From Lama glama (lineage: Eukaryota), in contig CM052816.1 in NCBI GenBank assembly GCA_028534125.1, positions 28,646,001 through 28,710,000 of the forward strand: a stretch of 64,000 bases of DNA, in the 5' to 3' direction. Within the stretch, counting starts at the first letter, position 1. Every line of letters begins with the position of its first letter. A program made the position numbers and the translations under genes. The notes beneath the pieces were generated by a model that had not been told where the DNA came from, searched no databases, and saw nothing but the letters and a program-made list of their open reading frames with translations. This document shows, in pieces, positions 37,111 to 49,669 of this stretch.

Positions 37111-38909
37111 AACTGCTTTTGCTGAATACCATGTATTTGGGAAAGTTGTTTCCATTTTCATTTGTTTTGAGGTATTTTCTGATTTCGTCTTTGATTTCTT
37201 CATTGAAGCACTGGTTTTTAGAAGCATATTGTTTAGCCTCCATATGTTTGTGCTTTTCCCATTTTTCTGCCATTTATTCTAGTTTCACACTGTTGTAGTC
37301 AGGAAAAAAATTCTTAATATAATTATTATCCTCTTAAATTTCTGGAGACTTATTTTGTGGCCCAGTGTGTGATCCATTCTGGAGAATGTTCCCTGTGCAC
37401 TTGAAAAGAATATGTATTCTGCTTTAGGGGGGGGATGGAATGTCCTGTAGGCATCTATTAAGTCCAAATGGCCTATTGGGTCATTTAAGACCACTGTTGC
37501 CTTACTGATTTTCTGTCTGGATGGTCTGCGCATTGATGAAAGTTGGGTGTTAAAGTCCCCTACTATTATTGTATTATTGTCCATTTCTCCCTTTATGTCC
37601 ATTAATATTGCTTTATATATTTAGGTCTTCCTGTATTGGGTGCATATTTGTTATCAAGTATAATAGCCTCGTCTTTTATTTATCTCTTTATCATCACATA
37701 ATGCCCTTCCTTGTCTTTCCTTATAGATTTATTTTAAAGTTAATTTTTCTGATATAAGTATTGCAACCCCAGATTTTTTTTATATTTCTATTTGCATAAA
37801 ATCCCCTCACTTTCATTCTATGTGTGTCTTTAGTTCTGATGTGAGTCTTTTGTAGGCAACATATAGATGGCTCTTATTTTTTAATCCAATCAGCCACCTA
37901 ATGTCTTTTGATTGGAGCACTTAGTCCATTGACATTTGAATAATTACTGATAGATATGTACATATAGCCATATTATTACTTATTCTCTCGTTTTTATAGT
38001 TCTTCTCTGTTCTTTTCTTCTTTTTGTGGCTTCCCTTGTGGTTTAATCGGGGATTTTTAGTGGCATACTTGTATTCCTTTCTCTGTAGCTTTTGTGTATC
38101 AATTGTAGTTTTTTGATTTGCGGTTAACATGGGATTTATATAAGTTGACCTGTATCTACATCTTAAAATATAGAGCACTTTAAGCACATCCTAAAAGAGC
38201 TACAGTTTTTACTCCCATCCATCACTTTTTGTGTTTTTGATGTCATATGTTATATCTCATGTTTACCTCTTTACTGATTGTTGCAGTTATACTTGGTTTT
38301 TAAAACTTTTTGTCGTTTAATTTCCACACTAGCTTATTTAAGCAGTTGATGCATAGTTTTTAACTATATGTTTGCCTTTCTAATGATATTTTTCTTTTCT
38401 TACAGATTCTTCTTTTTTATAACCTTTTCTTTTCCACTTAGAGAAAACTCTTTGATATTTCTTTCGGGGTAGCTTTAGTATTAATGAACTCTTTTAGTTT
38501 TTGCTTGTCTGAGAAGTTCTTTATCTCTCCTTTAATTTTAAATGATAATCTCTCTGAAAAGAGTATCCTAGGTTGCACTTTTTTCCTTTCAGCCCTTTGA
38601 GTATATCATTCCACTCCCTTCTGGCCTGCAGAGTTTCTGAAGGAAAAAATCAGCTAATAACTCAATGGCAGTCCACAGATTTGACTGACTTCCTGTGAGT
38701 GCTCACCAGCTGTCTGTCAAGGCTCTCTCTTAACACTGTGGAGACTGCAGATAGGGAGCTGACCATAGGTTAGGGGTGTGCATGTGTTGAAACATGCATA
38801 GCTCTGTGGTTTCCTAGTTGGGGACATCTCCAGCTGAGGCATCCGCAGCAACTTGTGGGTGGGCATCTTGATGAAATATACAATACAGTTAGGCACCACA
38901 TTCCTTTTA

Positions 38910-39225
38910 CAAGCATACCTTATTTTATTCTACTTTGCATTACTGTTTATCACACATAATGCATTTTCACAAGCTGAAGATTTGTGGCAACCTTACATTG
39001 TCAAATGATGGTTAATTTTTTTTGCAATAAACTATTTTTAACTAAGGTATGCACATTGTTTTTTAGGCATAATGCTATTGCACACTTAATAGAGTGCAGT
39101 ATAACATAAACATAATCTTTATATGCACTGGGAAACCAAAAAATTCTCATGATTTGCTTTATTGCAATATTCTCTTTATTGTGGTAGTCCGGAACCAAAT
39201 CCTCGATATCTCCAAGGTTCACCTG
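38910..39225. mobile_element. Internally deleted Tigger1 derivative (Tigger1a_Art-like)
   Basis: TA|CAAGCATACCTT ... AAGGTTCACCTG|TA. Tigger1 left end joined directly to its right end ('atatgcactgggaaaccaaaaaatt'). Confidence 0.85.
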
Positions 39226-39508
39226 TAATATCCTCCAGGAGTTTTATCTACCACTCTTCCTGCCTCTTCCCATCCCCTAGTCATGGTTCAGTACTCTAGA
39301 TGGTGTAAGAGAGAAATTAGTCATTTTGACAGCATCCCACAGAATAGAGGAAGCCAGGTACTCACTCACACACTCTCCTTTTCCCTGATGAGGTAAATCA
39401 TAAGTCAGGGAAGATATTTCTTGGCCCAAGGCTGTATTTCCTTGAGGGAAGGGATGTAGGTAAGGTAAAACTCTTTTTCTTACCAACTCCAGTGGATCCA
39501 AATATGTA

Positions 39509-40023
39509 CAGATGATCCCCAAATTAAGGTGGTTCAACTTACAACTTTTTAATTCTCAAATGGTGCAAAAGCAATATGCATTCAGTATAAATCATACTTC
39601 AAATTTTGAGTTTTGATCTTTTCCTGGGCTAGTCATATGTGATATGATACTCTCTTGTGATGCTGGGCAGTGGCAGTGAGCCACAGCTCCCAGTCAGTCA
39701 TGTGATCATGGCAGTGAACAATGGATACACTTACAGCTATTCTATACCCATACAACCATTCTATGTTTCACTTTCAGTACAGTAGTTAATAAATTACATG
39801 AGATATTCAACACTTGGTTTAAAAAAATAGGCTTTGTGTTAGATTATTTTGCCCAAATGTAGGCTAATGTAAGTGTTCTGAGTATGTTTCTAAGCAGGTA
39901 GGGTAGGCTAAGCTACGATGTTTGGTTGGTCAGGTGTATTGAATGCATTTTCAACTTAACAATAATTTTAACTCATGATGAGCTTACTAGGACATAATTC
40001 CATCCTAAGCCAAGGAAGGTCTG
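39509..40023. mobile_element. MER47/Tigger5-like DNA transposon
   Basis: TA|CAGATGATCCCCAAATTAAGGTGG ... CCATCCTAAGCCAAGGAAGGTCTG inverted ends, with internal 'gatgctgggcagtggcagtgagccacagctcccagtcag'. Confidence 0.8.
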
Positions 40024-40379
40024 TCTTTTTTCTCCAAAAAAAAATGCTGGAATTTCCCTTCTGGAAACCCCACTTTTCTACAAAGGCTCTCTAGCCCATG
40101 AGTGTTTATCTAAGTTAACATTCTCCAGAGCCTCTTGGACCATGGCTGAGAGAAACTAGATCTGGTTCACAGGCCACTTTAGGGTCCATAACCATAACCT
40201 GGGATTGTCTGCCTATTACCTGACACAGAGATGGACAAGACTCATCCTCAGTCTCTTGGTATATAGTCATAAATCCCCAGTTCCCTCAAAGCTATTTTTG
40301 CCTATGGATTTTGTTGCTGATGGATGGAACACAAACACGAGACATCTTGTGCCCCCATGATGCTGACTCACTCCTTGTA

Positions 40380-41030
40380 CACCTATTTTTAATTATATTT
40401 CCTATAAACAGACATATTGGAATTTCAACTAGTATCCATATCTTCATTTCTGCTTGCTTGTTTGTTTTTACTTGTGTGTTTATTTCCTTTGCATGTATTT
40501 CAATTATGGATATGTAGACTTGATTCCTCTCTTTTTGTTTTGTCCTATTTTGTCTATATTGTTTGGTTTTCCTTATTTTACTTTTTTAGGATTAATTTTT
40601 TAACTCCATTTCCTCCTTCTACCTTTCAGAAGTTATATACATTGCAACTATTTTAGTGCTTGCCATTCTCCTTTTAACATAAATACATAACCACTCAAAA
40701 GTTAATCAGAATCTTTCCTAGCCTACAAAAGTAGAATCCTGGAACACTGTAACTCTTTTCACATCTCTCTTTTTGGCTTATATACTGTTACCCAATATGT
40801 TACTATCGGTATGTTTAACTTCTAAAATTAGATAATAATGTTGATAATTCGTATGATTCCAGACATTTACCAATTTTTGTTCAATATTGCTTCTTGCATA
40901 TCAGGTCTTCCTTACTGAATAATTTGTTTCCTCATTTGTAAAGTACATCCTTAGTATTTTATGTAATAAGATCTGTTGTTGGTAAGCTATCTCAGTACAT
41001 ATTTGTCTGAAAATTCTGAATTGCAGCACT
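40380..41030 (-). mobile_element. Very old L1-like fragment (L1M5/L1ME/HAL1-type)
   Basis: T-rich plus strand with 'gatctgttgttggtaagctatctcagt...ttgtctgaaaa', resembling the reverse complement of the ORF1 3' end. Confidence 0.45.
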
Positions 41031-41039
41031 GATTTGCAG

Positions 41040-41400
41040 GAATCAAAGTGTCCTTGGTTTTCATTATAGGCATAGTCTGGGGCATAAGCAGCCTCTCTAT
41101 TTGGCTCTTTTGGTCAAGCACTTTGAACAGTGTTTAAAACATCTGTAGATGATAGGGAAAACAGGCAAACTGGACTAGATGAATTGCAGCAGAGTCCTTC
41201 TGAGCTCTCAATTTACTCTTGGACCATGGTTGAATCTAACTACCTTGTCATGGGACACCAGGTGAACATTCAACTTCAAGTGCCCATCATGAATTGGGTG
41301 TTTTTTGATCCAGCAAGCCATAAACTCTGACATCACCAGGATCATTCCATATAATTTGAAGTAGATGACATGCTGTAGCCATGAACGAACAAGTTTTATA
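41040..41400 (+). mobile_element. ERVL pol fragment (RT connection region)
   Basis: ORF 41130-41330 contains VESNYLVMGHQVNIQLQVPIMNWVFFDPASHKL, resembling ERVL pol 'VETERLTMGHQVTMRPELPIMNWVLSDPSSHKV' as recalled. Confidence 0.75.
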
Positions 41401-42199
41401 GCAGATCCAATTAAATTTCAAAGTTTATATATTATGTACATGCTTATTGTTCATTTAACAAATTCTGTATTACAAATTATCTTAGCAATATTAATTTATT
41501 TAATTATGAGGATCTAGATATAGAGAAAATGTTTCCTGAATACAGGCAACAAAATGCCTACAGTTTCATTGAGTTAAGGCCATCATGAACTCACTTAGAA
41601 GCTGTATGTTCAGGGCTACGTATCAGGCAGCACTGAAAGTGAGTACATCTGTGAGATTACCAAGAAGTTTTGTGTAAGCAAGGAGGCAGAGAGAAACAGG
41701 TTTAGACTAGTGGAGGGAAAGTTGAGATAAAAATGACAACTGAATAAAGAATTTAGGGGATGACTGAAATGTCAAATGAGATATTTATTAAGGTGTTTTT
41801 CCCTGTGGAGTTTGGTATAAATCTTTTTTTTTAATCTTTCCTTGAATCTCATACACATATTTTGGTAAAATCTACATGCTCACTAATGATTTGGTAGTGG
41901 ATTTAGTTTCAGAGGATTGTAATGAAAAGCCAAAGCCTGTTTCAAGATTGGGGGTAAAAAAAAGCTATTTAAGATGTGATGTTCACATACAGGATACACA
42001 TTCAAACTGTTGCATATGAGTGGCCTCCAGAACACCTTCGTTACACATGCATTCAGATTCTTACAGCAGTTAGGAGAGTTTGCATTTTATATCAATTGAA
42101 CATCAAACTTTAGGGCACTTAGCATATTTATTTCAAAATAACTTCAAAGTGTAACACTGTTTCTAGTATTAATTTGTTGATTTATTCATTTATTCAATC

Positions 42200-44690
42200 A
42201 TTTTAAAGTATCTTTATGGAGCCAAATTCATATATCATAAAACTCTCCCATTTTAAAGTATACAATTTAATATTTTTAGTATATTCATCAAGCTGGGCTG
42301 CCATCATCACAAACTAAGTATAGAACATCTTTGTCCCCTCTAACAAAAACCACAAATCTGTTTTCTCCCTCCAACACCCCTATACCTCACCAATCACTAA
42401 TCTAATTTCTGTCTTCATAGATTTGCCTATTTTGGATATTTCAAATAAATGGTATCAGACAATCTGTGGTTATTTGCTGGTGTTTTTTCACTTAAAAACT
42501 GTTTTCAATAATCATGTAGTTGTAGCATATATTAGCAATTCATTTTTATTTGTAAATAATATTTCATTGTATGGATATGCAACAAGTTATTTATCTGTTC
42601 TTTGGCTGATAGACATTTGGGCTGTCTCCACTTTCAGCTATTATGAATAATGCTGTTATGAATATTCATGTACAGACTTTTGTGTGGATAAATGTTTTCA
42701 CTCTTCTGGGTGAAAGTGTGGAGTCCTATGATACTCTATATTTACATTTTAAACAAATTTCTATATTGTTTTCCAAAGTGGCTGCATTATTTTATATTAT
42801 CACCAGTAATGTCTGAGGATTCCAATTTCTTCTCATCTTCAACACCACTTATTATGGTCTGTCTTTTTAATTATACTCATAATTGTGGGAGTTAAATGAT
42901 ATCTCACTGTGGTTTTGATTTGCATTTCACAAATGACTAATGATATTAAACATATTTCCACATGCTTTATGGCTGTTTGCACATCTTCCTTGGAAAATAT
43001 CTATTCAATCTCTTTCCCATTTTTAATTGAGTTATTTGCATTTTTATTATTGAGTTGCAAGAGTTCTTTTTTTTAACAATTTTTATTGATTTATAATCAT
43101 TTTACAATGTTGTGTCAAATTCCAGTGTAAAGCACAATTTTGCAGTTATACATGAACATATATATATTCATTGTCACATTTTTTTCTCTGTGAGATAAGA
43201 GTTCTTTATACATATTAGATACAAATCTTTTATCAGATAGATGATTTAAAATCTTCCATTCTGTACATTGGCTTTTTACTCTCTAGATGGTATCATTTGA
43301 AGCACAAAACAATTTTTAAAATTTTGATGTAATTCAATTTAACTTTTATTTTTCTTTTTTAGTTGATGCTTTTAGTGTCATGTCTAAGAAACCACTGTCT
43401 AACTCAAAGTTAAAGAAAGTTTATCCCTACTATTTTCCAAAGGATTTTATAGTTTTATATTTAAGTTTATGATCCAATTTGAATTAATGTTTTTGTATGG
43501 TATCAATTCAGGGTTTAACTTCATTCTTTTGCATATGGATGTCAAGGTGTCTTAGTATCATTTATGGAAAAGACTGTTATGCCCCATTTAATCGTTTTGG
43601 CAACCCTGTGAACTGACCATAAATATAAGAGTTTATTTCCAAACTTTTACTTCTATTTTGTGGTTCTATATATCTGTTCTCATAACAGTGCTACACTCTC
43701 TTGATTACTGTAGCTTTCTACTAAATTTTGAAATAGAAAAGTGTCAGTCTTCCAACTTTATTCTTTTCAAAATTGTTTTGGTTCTTCTGGATCTCTTGCT
43801 TATTTGTATATATTTTATTCTTAGATTTTCAAATATTACGAAAGAAGCAGCTAGGATTTTTACAGGGGTTGACTGAACCTTTAGATCTATTTGGGAAGTA
43901 TTGCCATCTTAACAATATCAAATATTCTGATACATTAAAATGAAATGTCTTTTCATTTATTTAGATTTTCTTTAAATTCATTCAATAATTTTTCGTAGTT
44001 TTCAGTGTACAAGTGAATTTCTTTTGTTAAATTTATTTGTAAGCATTTTATTCTTTTTGATGCTATTATAACGAAATTATTTTAATTTTTTGAATACTTA
44101 TTACTAGAGCATAGAAAAATATATTTTCTGTATGTTGATCTTCTAACCTGAAATCAAGTTAAACTAATTTATTAGTACTAATAATTTTTAATGGATTAAT
44201 TAGAACGTCTGTATACAAGTTCATGACATATGCATCTAGAACTAATTTTACTTCTTCCCTCCCAATCTGGATGTTTTTACTTTCTCTTGCCTAAGTGCCC
44301 TAGCTATGACCTCTTGTAAAATTTTAAATCAAAATGTCAAGAGTAGGTATTCTTGACTTGTTCCTGATTTTAAATGAAAAGCATTAAGTTTGTCATTATT
44401 TGGTGGCTGTGGATTTTTTGTAGATACCCTTTAACAGACTGAAGAAGTTGCCTTCTATTCCTATTTTGTTGAGCATTTTTATCAAGGAAAGATGTTGGAT
44501 TTTATCAGATGCTTTTTCTGAATCATTTTAGATAATCATTTTTTGTACCTTACTCTGTTAATATGGTGTATTTTATTGTTCGGTTTTAACTATCAAGCCA
44601 AGTTCACATTTCTGTAATAAATTCCAATTGGTCATTGTGTGCAATCCTTTTTATGAATTGCTGGATTCGGTTTGCTTTTATTTTTTAAAG
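42200..44690 (-). mobile_element. Old L1 (L1MB-type 3' UTR plus decayed ORF2 RT/C-terminal region)
   Basis: Continuous reverse-complement L1 motifs: 'gctattatgaataatgctg', 'atctcactgtggttttgatttgcattt', 'cttgattactgtagcttt', 'ttgctggattcggtttgct'. Confidence 0.85.
43070..43196 (-). mobile_element. 127-bp 3' tip of a young L1, same family as 36146-37110
   Basis: Reverse complement aligns by eye to ~36989-37110. TSD AAGAGTTCTTT at 43059-43069 and 43197-43207. Confidence 0.9.
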
Positions 44691-45400
44691 TCATTAAGCT
44701 TACTAATGAATGACAAGTATTCTGCTACATGATAAGTTTGAAACTATGATGAAAACCATACATAATCCTTTCCTTCATGAGTTCTTGGTTCAGTTGGGGA
44801 GTCAGATTTTATTTAAATAGTCATATAAATTATTACTAACTACCAATGAAAACAAACATAATGGAAAGGAACACGGCTTTATGCGAGGCTATAACAAAAG
44901 AAGAGGACTAAACTGAAATGTGGTATGTTTTTTCCCTGTAATTTGAAGTATATTTAGTTACTAACTAGGAAATGAAGAAGAATTCAAGGAATTCTAGATG
45001 CATTCTAGGAAGAAGAATAGCAAAGGAAAACTGAGGGGAAAAAAGACTAAGCAAAGACAGTTATTTTTAGAGAGGTCTGGATAGATGCTTGAGACCTAGA
45101 CAAAACTCACACTATCTAGGCCCTTCTAGGCCATGTTAATAATTTTCAATTCTACACCAAGTGCAATAAAAAAACTATTGATAAATTTTAAGAAAGTGAA
45201 GTAACATGATCAGGTTTTCACTTTTAGAGATAACATAGTCTGCCTTGTGGAGAATGGATTGAAAGAAGGATTTAATGAATGTCAGGAAGTTATTCTGGAG
45301 GCCAAAGACATTATTTCAGGAAAAAGATGCTGCCTGATATCTTGGTATAGGCTGGTGGCAGAGGAGATTCAGATAAAAGGAACTGTGAAATAAAGTGAAA
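44690..45400 (-). mobile_element. L2 fragment
   Basis: 'ggcccttctaggccatgttaataatttt...gtaacatgatcaggtttt...tgtggagaatggattgaaag'. Confidence 0.7.
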
Positions 45401-47534
45401 TTATATCACTGGCTTATTTTTTTATTTGTAACAAATTAATAAATGGTATAATTCAAATTTTTCTAATTTTATCCTCTTTGATTTTGTAGAATTCACAATT
45501 TTCATAAAATACTTGTACCCAAGTTATTCAGACATTAGAGCTTTATGTCATATGGAGATAACATGATGATAAACAGAAAATAAAAAAATTTTTAAAATTT
45601 ATATAAATAAGTATATACTGACAAACAACTAAACCAAGCTTGCTTATCAATGTTCATACTGTGTGATGAGGTGAATGGAGAATGAAAAACATTCTTCAAC
45701 TCCATTTGAAGGAAGAATACTCCCAAATTAATCTAATATTTTCTAAAGCATGTGTGTGCTATTAAGATAATTAATAGACTTTTTATACTTTTGCTTTTAC
45801 AAAATTGCTTCAGTTGTTTTAATGTTTATAAATTAGTTAATATTTTTATTATTTTGGAAATGATTTCCTGGTTTTTGCTGTCATTTTGGTTTTTTGCATA
45901 ACATTTATTGCTGGTACAAATTTTAATAAGCAAGAAATTTATTTTCTTATCACAAATTCTAGTTTCTATATTTTTATTTTACAAAACCACATTTGTAATG
46001 ATTAAAACTAATTTGCACAAAAGAGCAATGGAAAATTAATTTTAAAAACACATTTGGTTGCACATATGTTAGAAAGAAAATTGTTGTCTTAAAATGGCTT
46101 AATTAGAACAGTTTGTCATCTTACTAGAAACTGGTATAATGGCATTATTTTAACCACTCAACTCACAGAAATTAAAAAAAAAAGTGTGAGAGACACTCTT
46201 TTGAACCTTTGTTCTTCTGTGTCTTCAGAACAGTTCTATCTGTCTTATTATCTCCAAGGTACTTGTCACTATAAAACTGAGATACTCAGAAAGAAGTTAT
46301 ACTAGAGCATAAAGAAAGATCAGTTTCCCAGTTGAGTGAAATAATATCTATTCAATGTTTGGTATATGCAAACCCTTTTATCTACGAATATGAAATTTCT
46401 CTGAAGAGAATCTGATTTCTAACAGTGAATTTCTTATTCAAATGTATTGAGCCAAATGCCCAGGGATGGCCAAAAGAGTAGACACTTTGTCCAATACGAG
46501 AAGAAAAGCAAAGCATAGTTCTCAGATAGTGTCATATTTTCCATGGCTCCCAGAGGGCTTTTCACCAGTGACTTGATCTCTACAAGGTAACTACTCACAT
46601 GCTACTTTTCTATCAGTGTCTCCTCCTGTTATTTCACACACACACACCATATTCTGAGCAAATTAGGTTATTTTATCTTTCTCAAGCACCACCCATATTT
46701 TTCTTATTTGGTTTCACTGGAAGATACCACTGCCATATCCCAACAACTCCAAAGGTCCAAATTCTTTCCAAACCTCAAATAGTAGCTTCTCAGATGTGCT
46801 AGACTTCCCCTGACCTAAACCCTAATAGCAATCATTTTACCCGTCTTCATATTTCCATAGTGATTATCTTCTTCCTCACAATGACCTTATAGTTATTTAT
46901 ATACTTGACTAACTGATGCACTCTATGAGATTATGAATTCCTTTGCAGTCTATTCCTTCTTATTTTCATACTTTACCTCTTTCTTTGTCTCAAATAGGTC
47001 TTGGTGCATAGAACTGTCAAAATGAATTGCCTTCACAGACTTACTGGTAGGCTTAAGCTTATGACGCATATAATGAGTGAGTGAGTGACTCACAGATCGA
47101 ACAGAAAGAGAAAAGCCTGCTGCTCTCAGCTTTTAATAGTGCCCTAGGGATGCATTTGGAGAAAGACTTCCTCTTATAGCAGTTTCTTACTTGTCAGAAG
47201 GAAAAAAAAAATAGAAAGTAAGGGAAAAAGCCAAGGGAGTTAAGAATTTTGACCCAGAAAAACAACAGTGACACTAAAACAAAATTGAGGCAAGACCAAG
47301 AATGAAGTAATCAGTATTATCTCCTAGAATAAAGTTGAGACTTTCTACCAAACCCCTCTTTCACCCCTTCTGATGGAAATCTTTGATGCACAGCTTATTT
47401 CCGGAAACAGTCCAACAAAGTAATTTAAAATTGTGGATTACAAAATATTAACTATCTGTTATGGCTATTTGTTATTTTCTGGAGAATCAGTGCTTTAATT
47501 CCTTTCCTATGCTTAGGAAATCACCTCCTACAAC

Positions 47535-48337
47535 CTTGTGGGATTATCAGACTGTGCTTCCTACTGTAGAAGCTAAAGTTCCAGATATTCACTCTTGGAG
47601 CCTCTCTTATACCTAGAGTTCATGCAAATGACCTAGGCATTGCCAATCAGTTCTATGGAGGCAACAGACTAGAGAAAACTCTCTGGCCGAGAGGAAAATT
47701 ACAGCAAGATCAAAATGCCAGAAGCAACCAAGCAGGGGTGCTAATGTGGGTGCTAAATGTTCAGGGCTAACACTGCTGAAGTGCAAGGAGCATTTTCCTC
47801 GGCTTTGTGGGAGGTAGCTGTTATGTCTTCACAAATTGCATTCCATGAAGGAGTTTGGGGAATTTTTCTATATTATGTAATTCTAAGTCTCCTGGCATTC
47901 TGGTAATTCCATCCACAACCTAATACTCTTTTAGCACACTATTTTCCTAAATGTAGCAGATGACTTCTCTGTCCACATCTCACTTACTTTTTATAGAACC
48001 TGCCAGTCAACTTCCAACTGGCAACACCTGATCTCTCCCCCTGTGCACAGAGCAGAATAGAAACGCTGGGGAATTAATGGTCCACAGGGAGAGTCTTTAA
48101 TCATTGACTGCTAGGAGTCAGTTCATAACACTCAGTTCTCTCCTCTTAGGGGTGATAATCTATAGGATTAGGCTACTATGGAAGCCTGATTAATAATGCA
48201 GTATCTTTTTGGCTTCCTTACCTTGTCTTTATCATTTCCCTACTCCTCTGCTCATGTTTACTGGGATCACTTGCCAAACAAACTATCTTCATATGAATCC
48301 TGTTTCAGAGTCTGCTCCTGGAATCCAGACTAAGACA
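47535..48337 (+). mobile_element. Old ERVL LTRs: degenerate LTR (~47535-47950) followed by an LTR16-like LTR (~47952-48337)
   Basis: LTR16-type end 'ctgggatcacttgccaaacaaacta...atcctgtttcagagtctgctcctgg...gactaagaca'; upstream 'tgacctaggcattgccaatcag'. Confidence 0.6.
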
Positions 48338-48431
48338 CCTAAATAATTCAAAATTGGTTTACATGTTTAAACACAGAAAACTGACTTCCTTCCCTTATTA
48401 GGGAATTTGACATCACATGAAAATGTCTAGT

Positions 48432-48592
48432 TACACACATTACTATATATAAAACAGATAAACAACAAGGACCTACTGTATAGCACAGGGAACAATATTC
48501 AATTTCTTGTAATAACATATAATGGCAAAGAATCTGAATGATACCTGAAACTAACATTGTAAATCAACTACATGTCAATAAACATTTTTTTA
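48432..48592 (+). mobile_element. Short artiodactyl-type L1 3' end
   Basis: 'aaacaacaaggacctactgtatagcacagggaac...cctgaaactaacattgtaaatcaactac...caataaa', related to the 3' UTR at 13100-13270. Confidence 0.8.
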
Positions 48593-48689
48593 AGTGTAGT
48601 CACATGGTAAGTGATAATCTAAGCTCTCATGATGCTTTTCTTTCTTTGCCTTTTTACATCTTTATTTGAATTTGAATTTTGTAAAAAAG

Positions 48690-48890
48690 TGTGGACATTG
48701 GAGTTATAGAGACCTTATGCCAAACACCAGATTTAGCTCTTACTAATAAGCAAGTGCCCCTGGACTAGTTACCTAATTTTTCTGAATCTCATTTTCTTTT
48801 CAGAGAATGATTGTACTTATCATTATGCTAAAAATATATTTAAAAATTTTTCAGGTCTCATACTAATGCTCAATATACGTACTTTCCCTT
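48690..48890 (+). mobile_element. MIR fragment
   Basis: 'ggagttatagagacc...cctggactagttacctaattttctgaatctcattttc'. Confidence 0.55.
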
Positions 48891-49669
48891 CTTCCTCTTT
48901 TTACTTTGGTCTCACTTTTGCTCCTTTTCTTGATCAACTTTCTTTTATCTTACATAAACATTAACTGAACAAAAATGCAGTTTGGGTAAGGTAATGAACT
49001 ATACAAGGCACTTAGAAACCTTGATAGTACATTTCCCCCAAGGTGCCAACTCTGATTCTTCATTTGATGATATTTTCACTAAATCTAAGTATTTACCCAA
49101 TACTCACTCACCAAAGTTGCCTTATACAACCCTGCAATATAGATATAAATCATTCAAGAGCTACTTTTTGAACCCACTTTTTGGCAGTCCACACTTCACT
49201 CCTTCTCACATATTTAACATATTTATCATACATCCTTGCTTCTCCAAATATTTCCCCTGAATTATTTTCTTCCTTGGGGCTTCATGCTCTGGACTCTCCT
49301 CTTCATTCCTTTTCCTCATCTTTGTGCATTCTAACATCTTCTTGAAATCAGGACAACTAGCTTGACTAATCTGATAAACCAATTTAAGCCAAAATACTCT
49401 TCCAAATAACATCTATGTTATCATTTGGGCTTTGTTAACTCTGAGGAACTATGAGAACTTTAAACATGGAAGCAGAATCTTTAATGGAGATTTATTTGGA
49501 CAAGAAAGTATTTTTCACATTTTCAACTCCTACTCTACAGTTGACCATCATTCTAGCAGAATATAATCGTGGCTCTAGGACTTTGGGATTATAGTAAATG
49601 TCTTATTCCCTTGACATTTTAGCAATTGTCAGTTGTCGTTCTGACAATTCTTCATACACTCTAAAAATG

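Larger units (their letters stand above)
35681..40374 (-). mobile_element. Old L1 (5' end, ORF1 3' remnant, ORF2 endonuclease region), 3'-truncated and carrying three nested insertions
   Basis: Minus-strand translations give NNTIIVGDFNTQLS...LDLIDAYRTFHP...FFSSAQGTFSRMDHTLGHK (L1 endonuclease) and FFEKINKIDK...RERTQI. The 5' terminus GGAGTGAGTCAGCATCATGG at 40374-40355 resembles L1M 5' ends. Multiple frameshifts. Confidence 0.8.
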
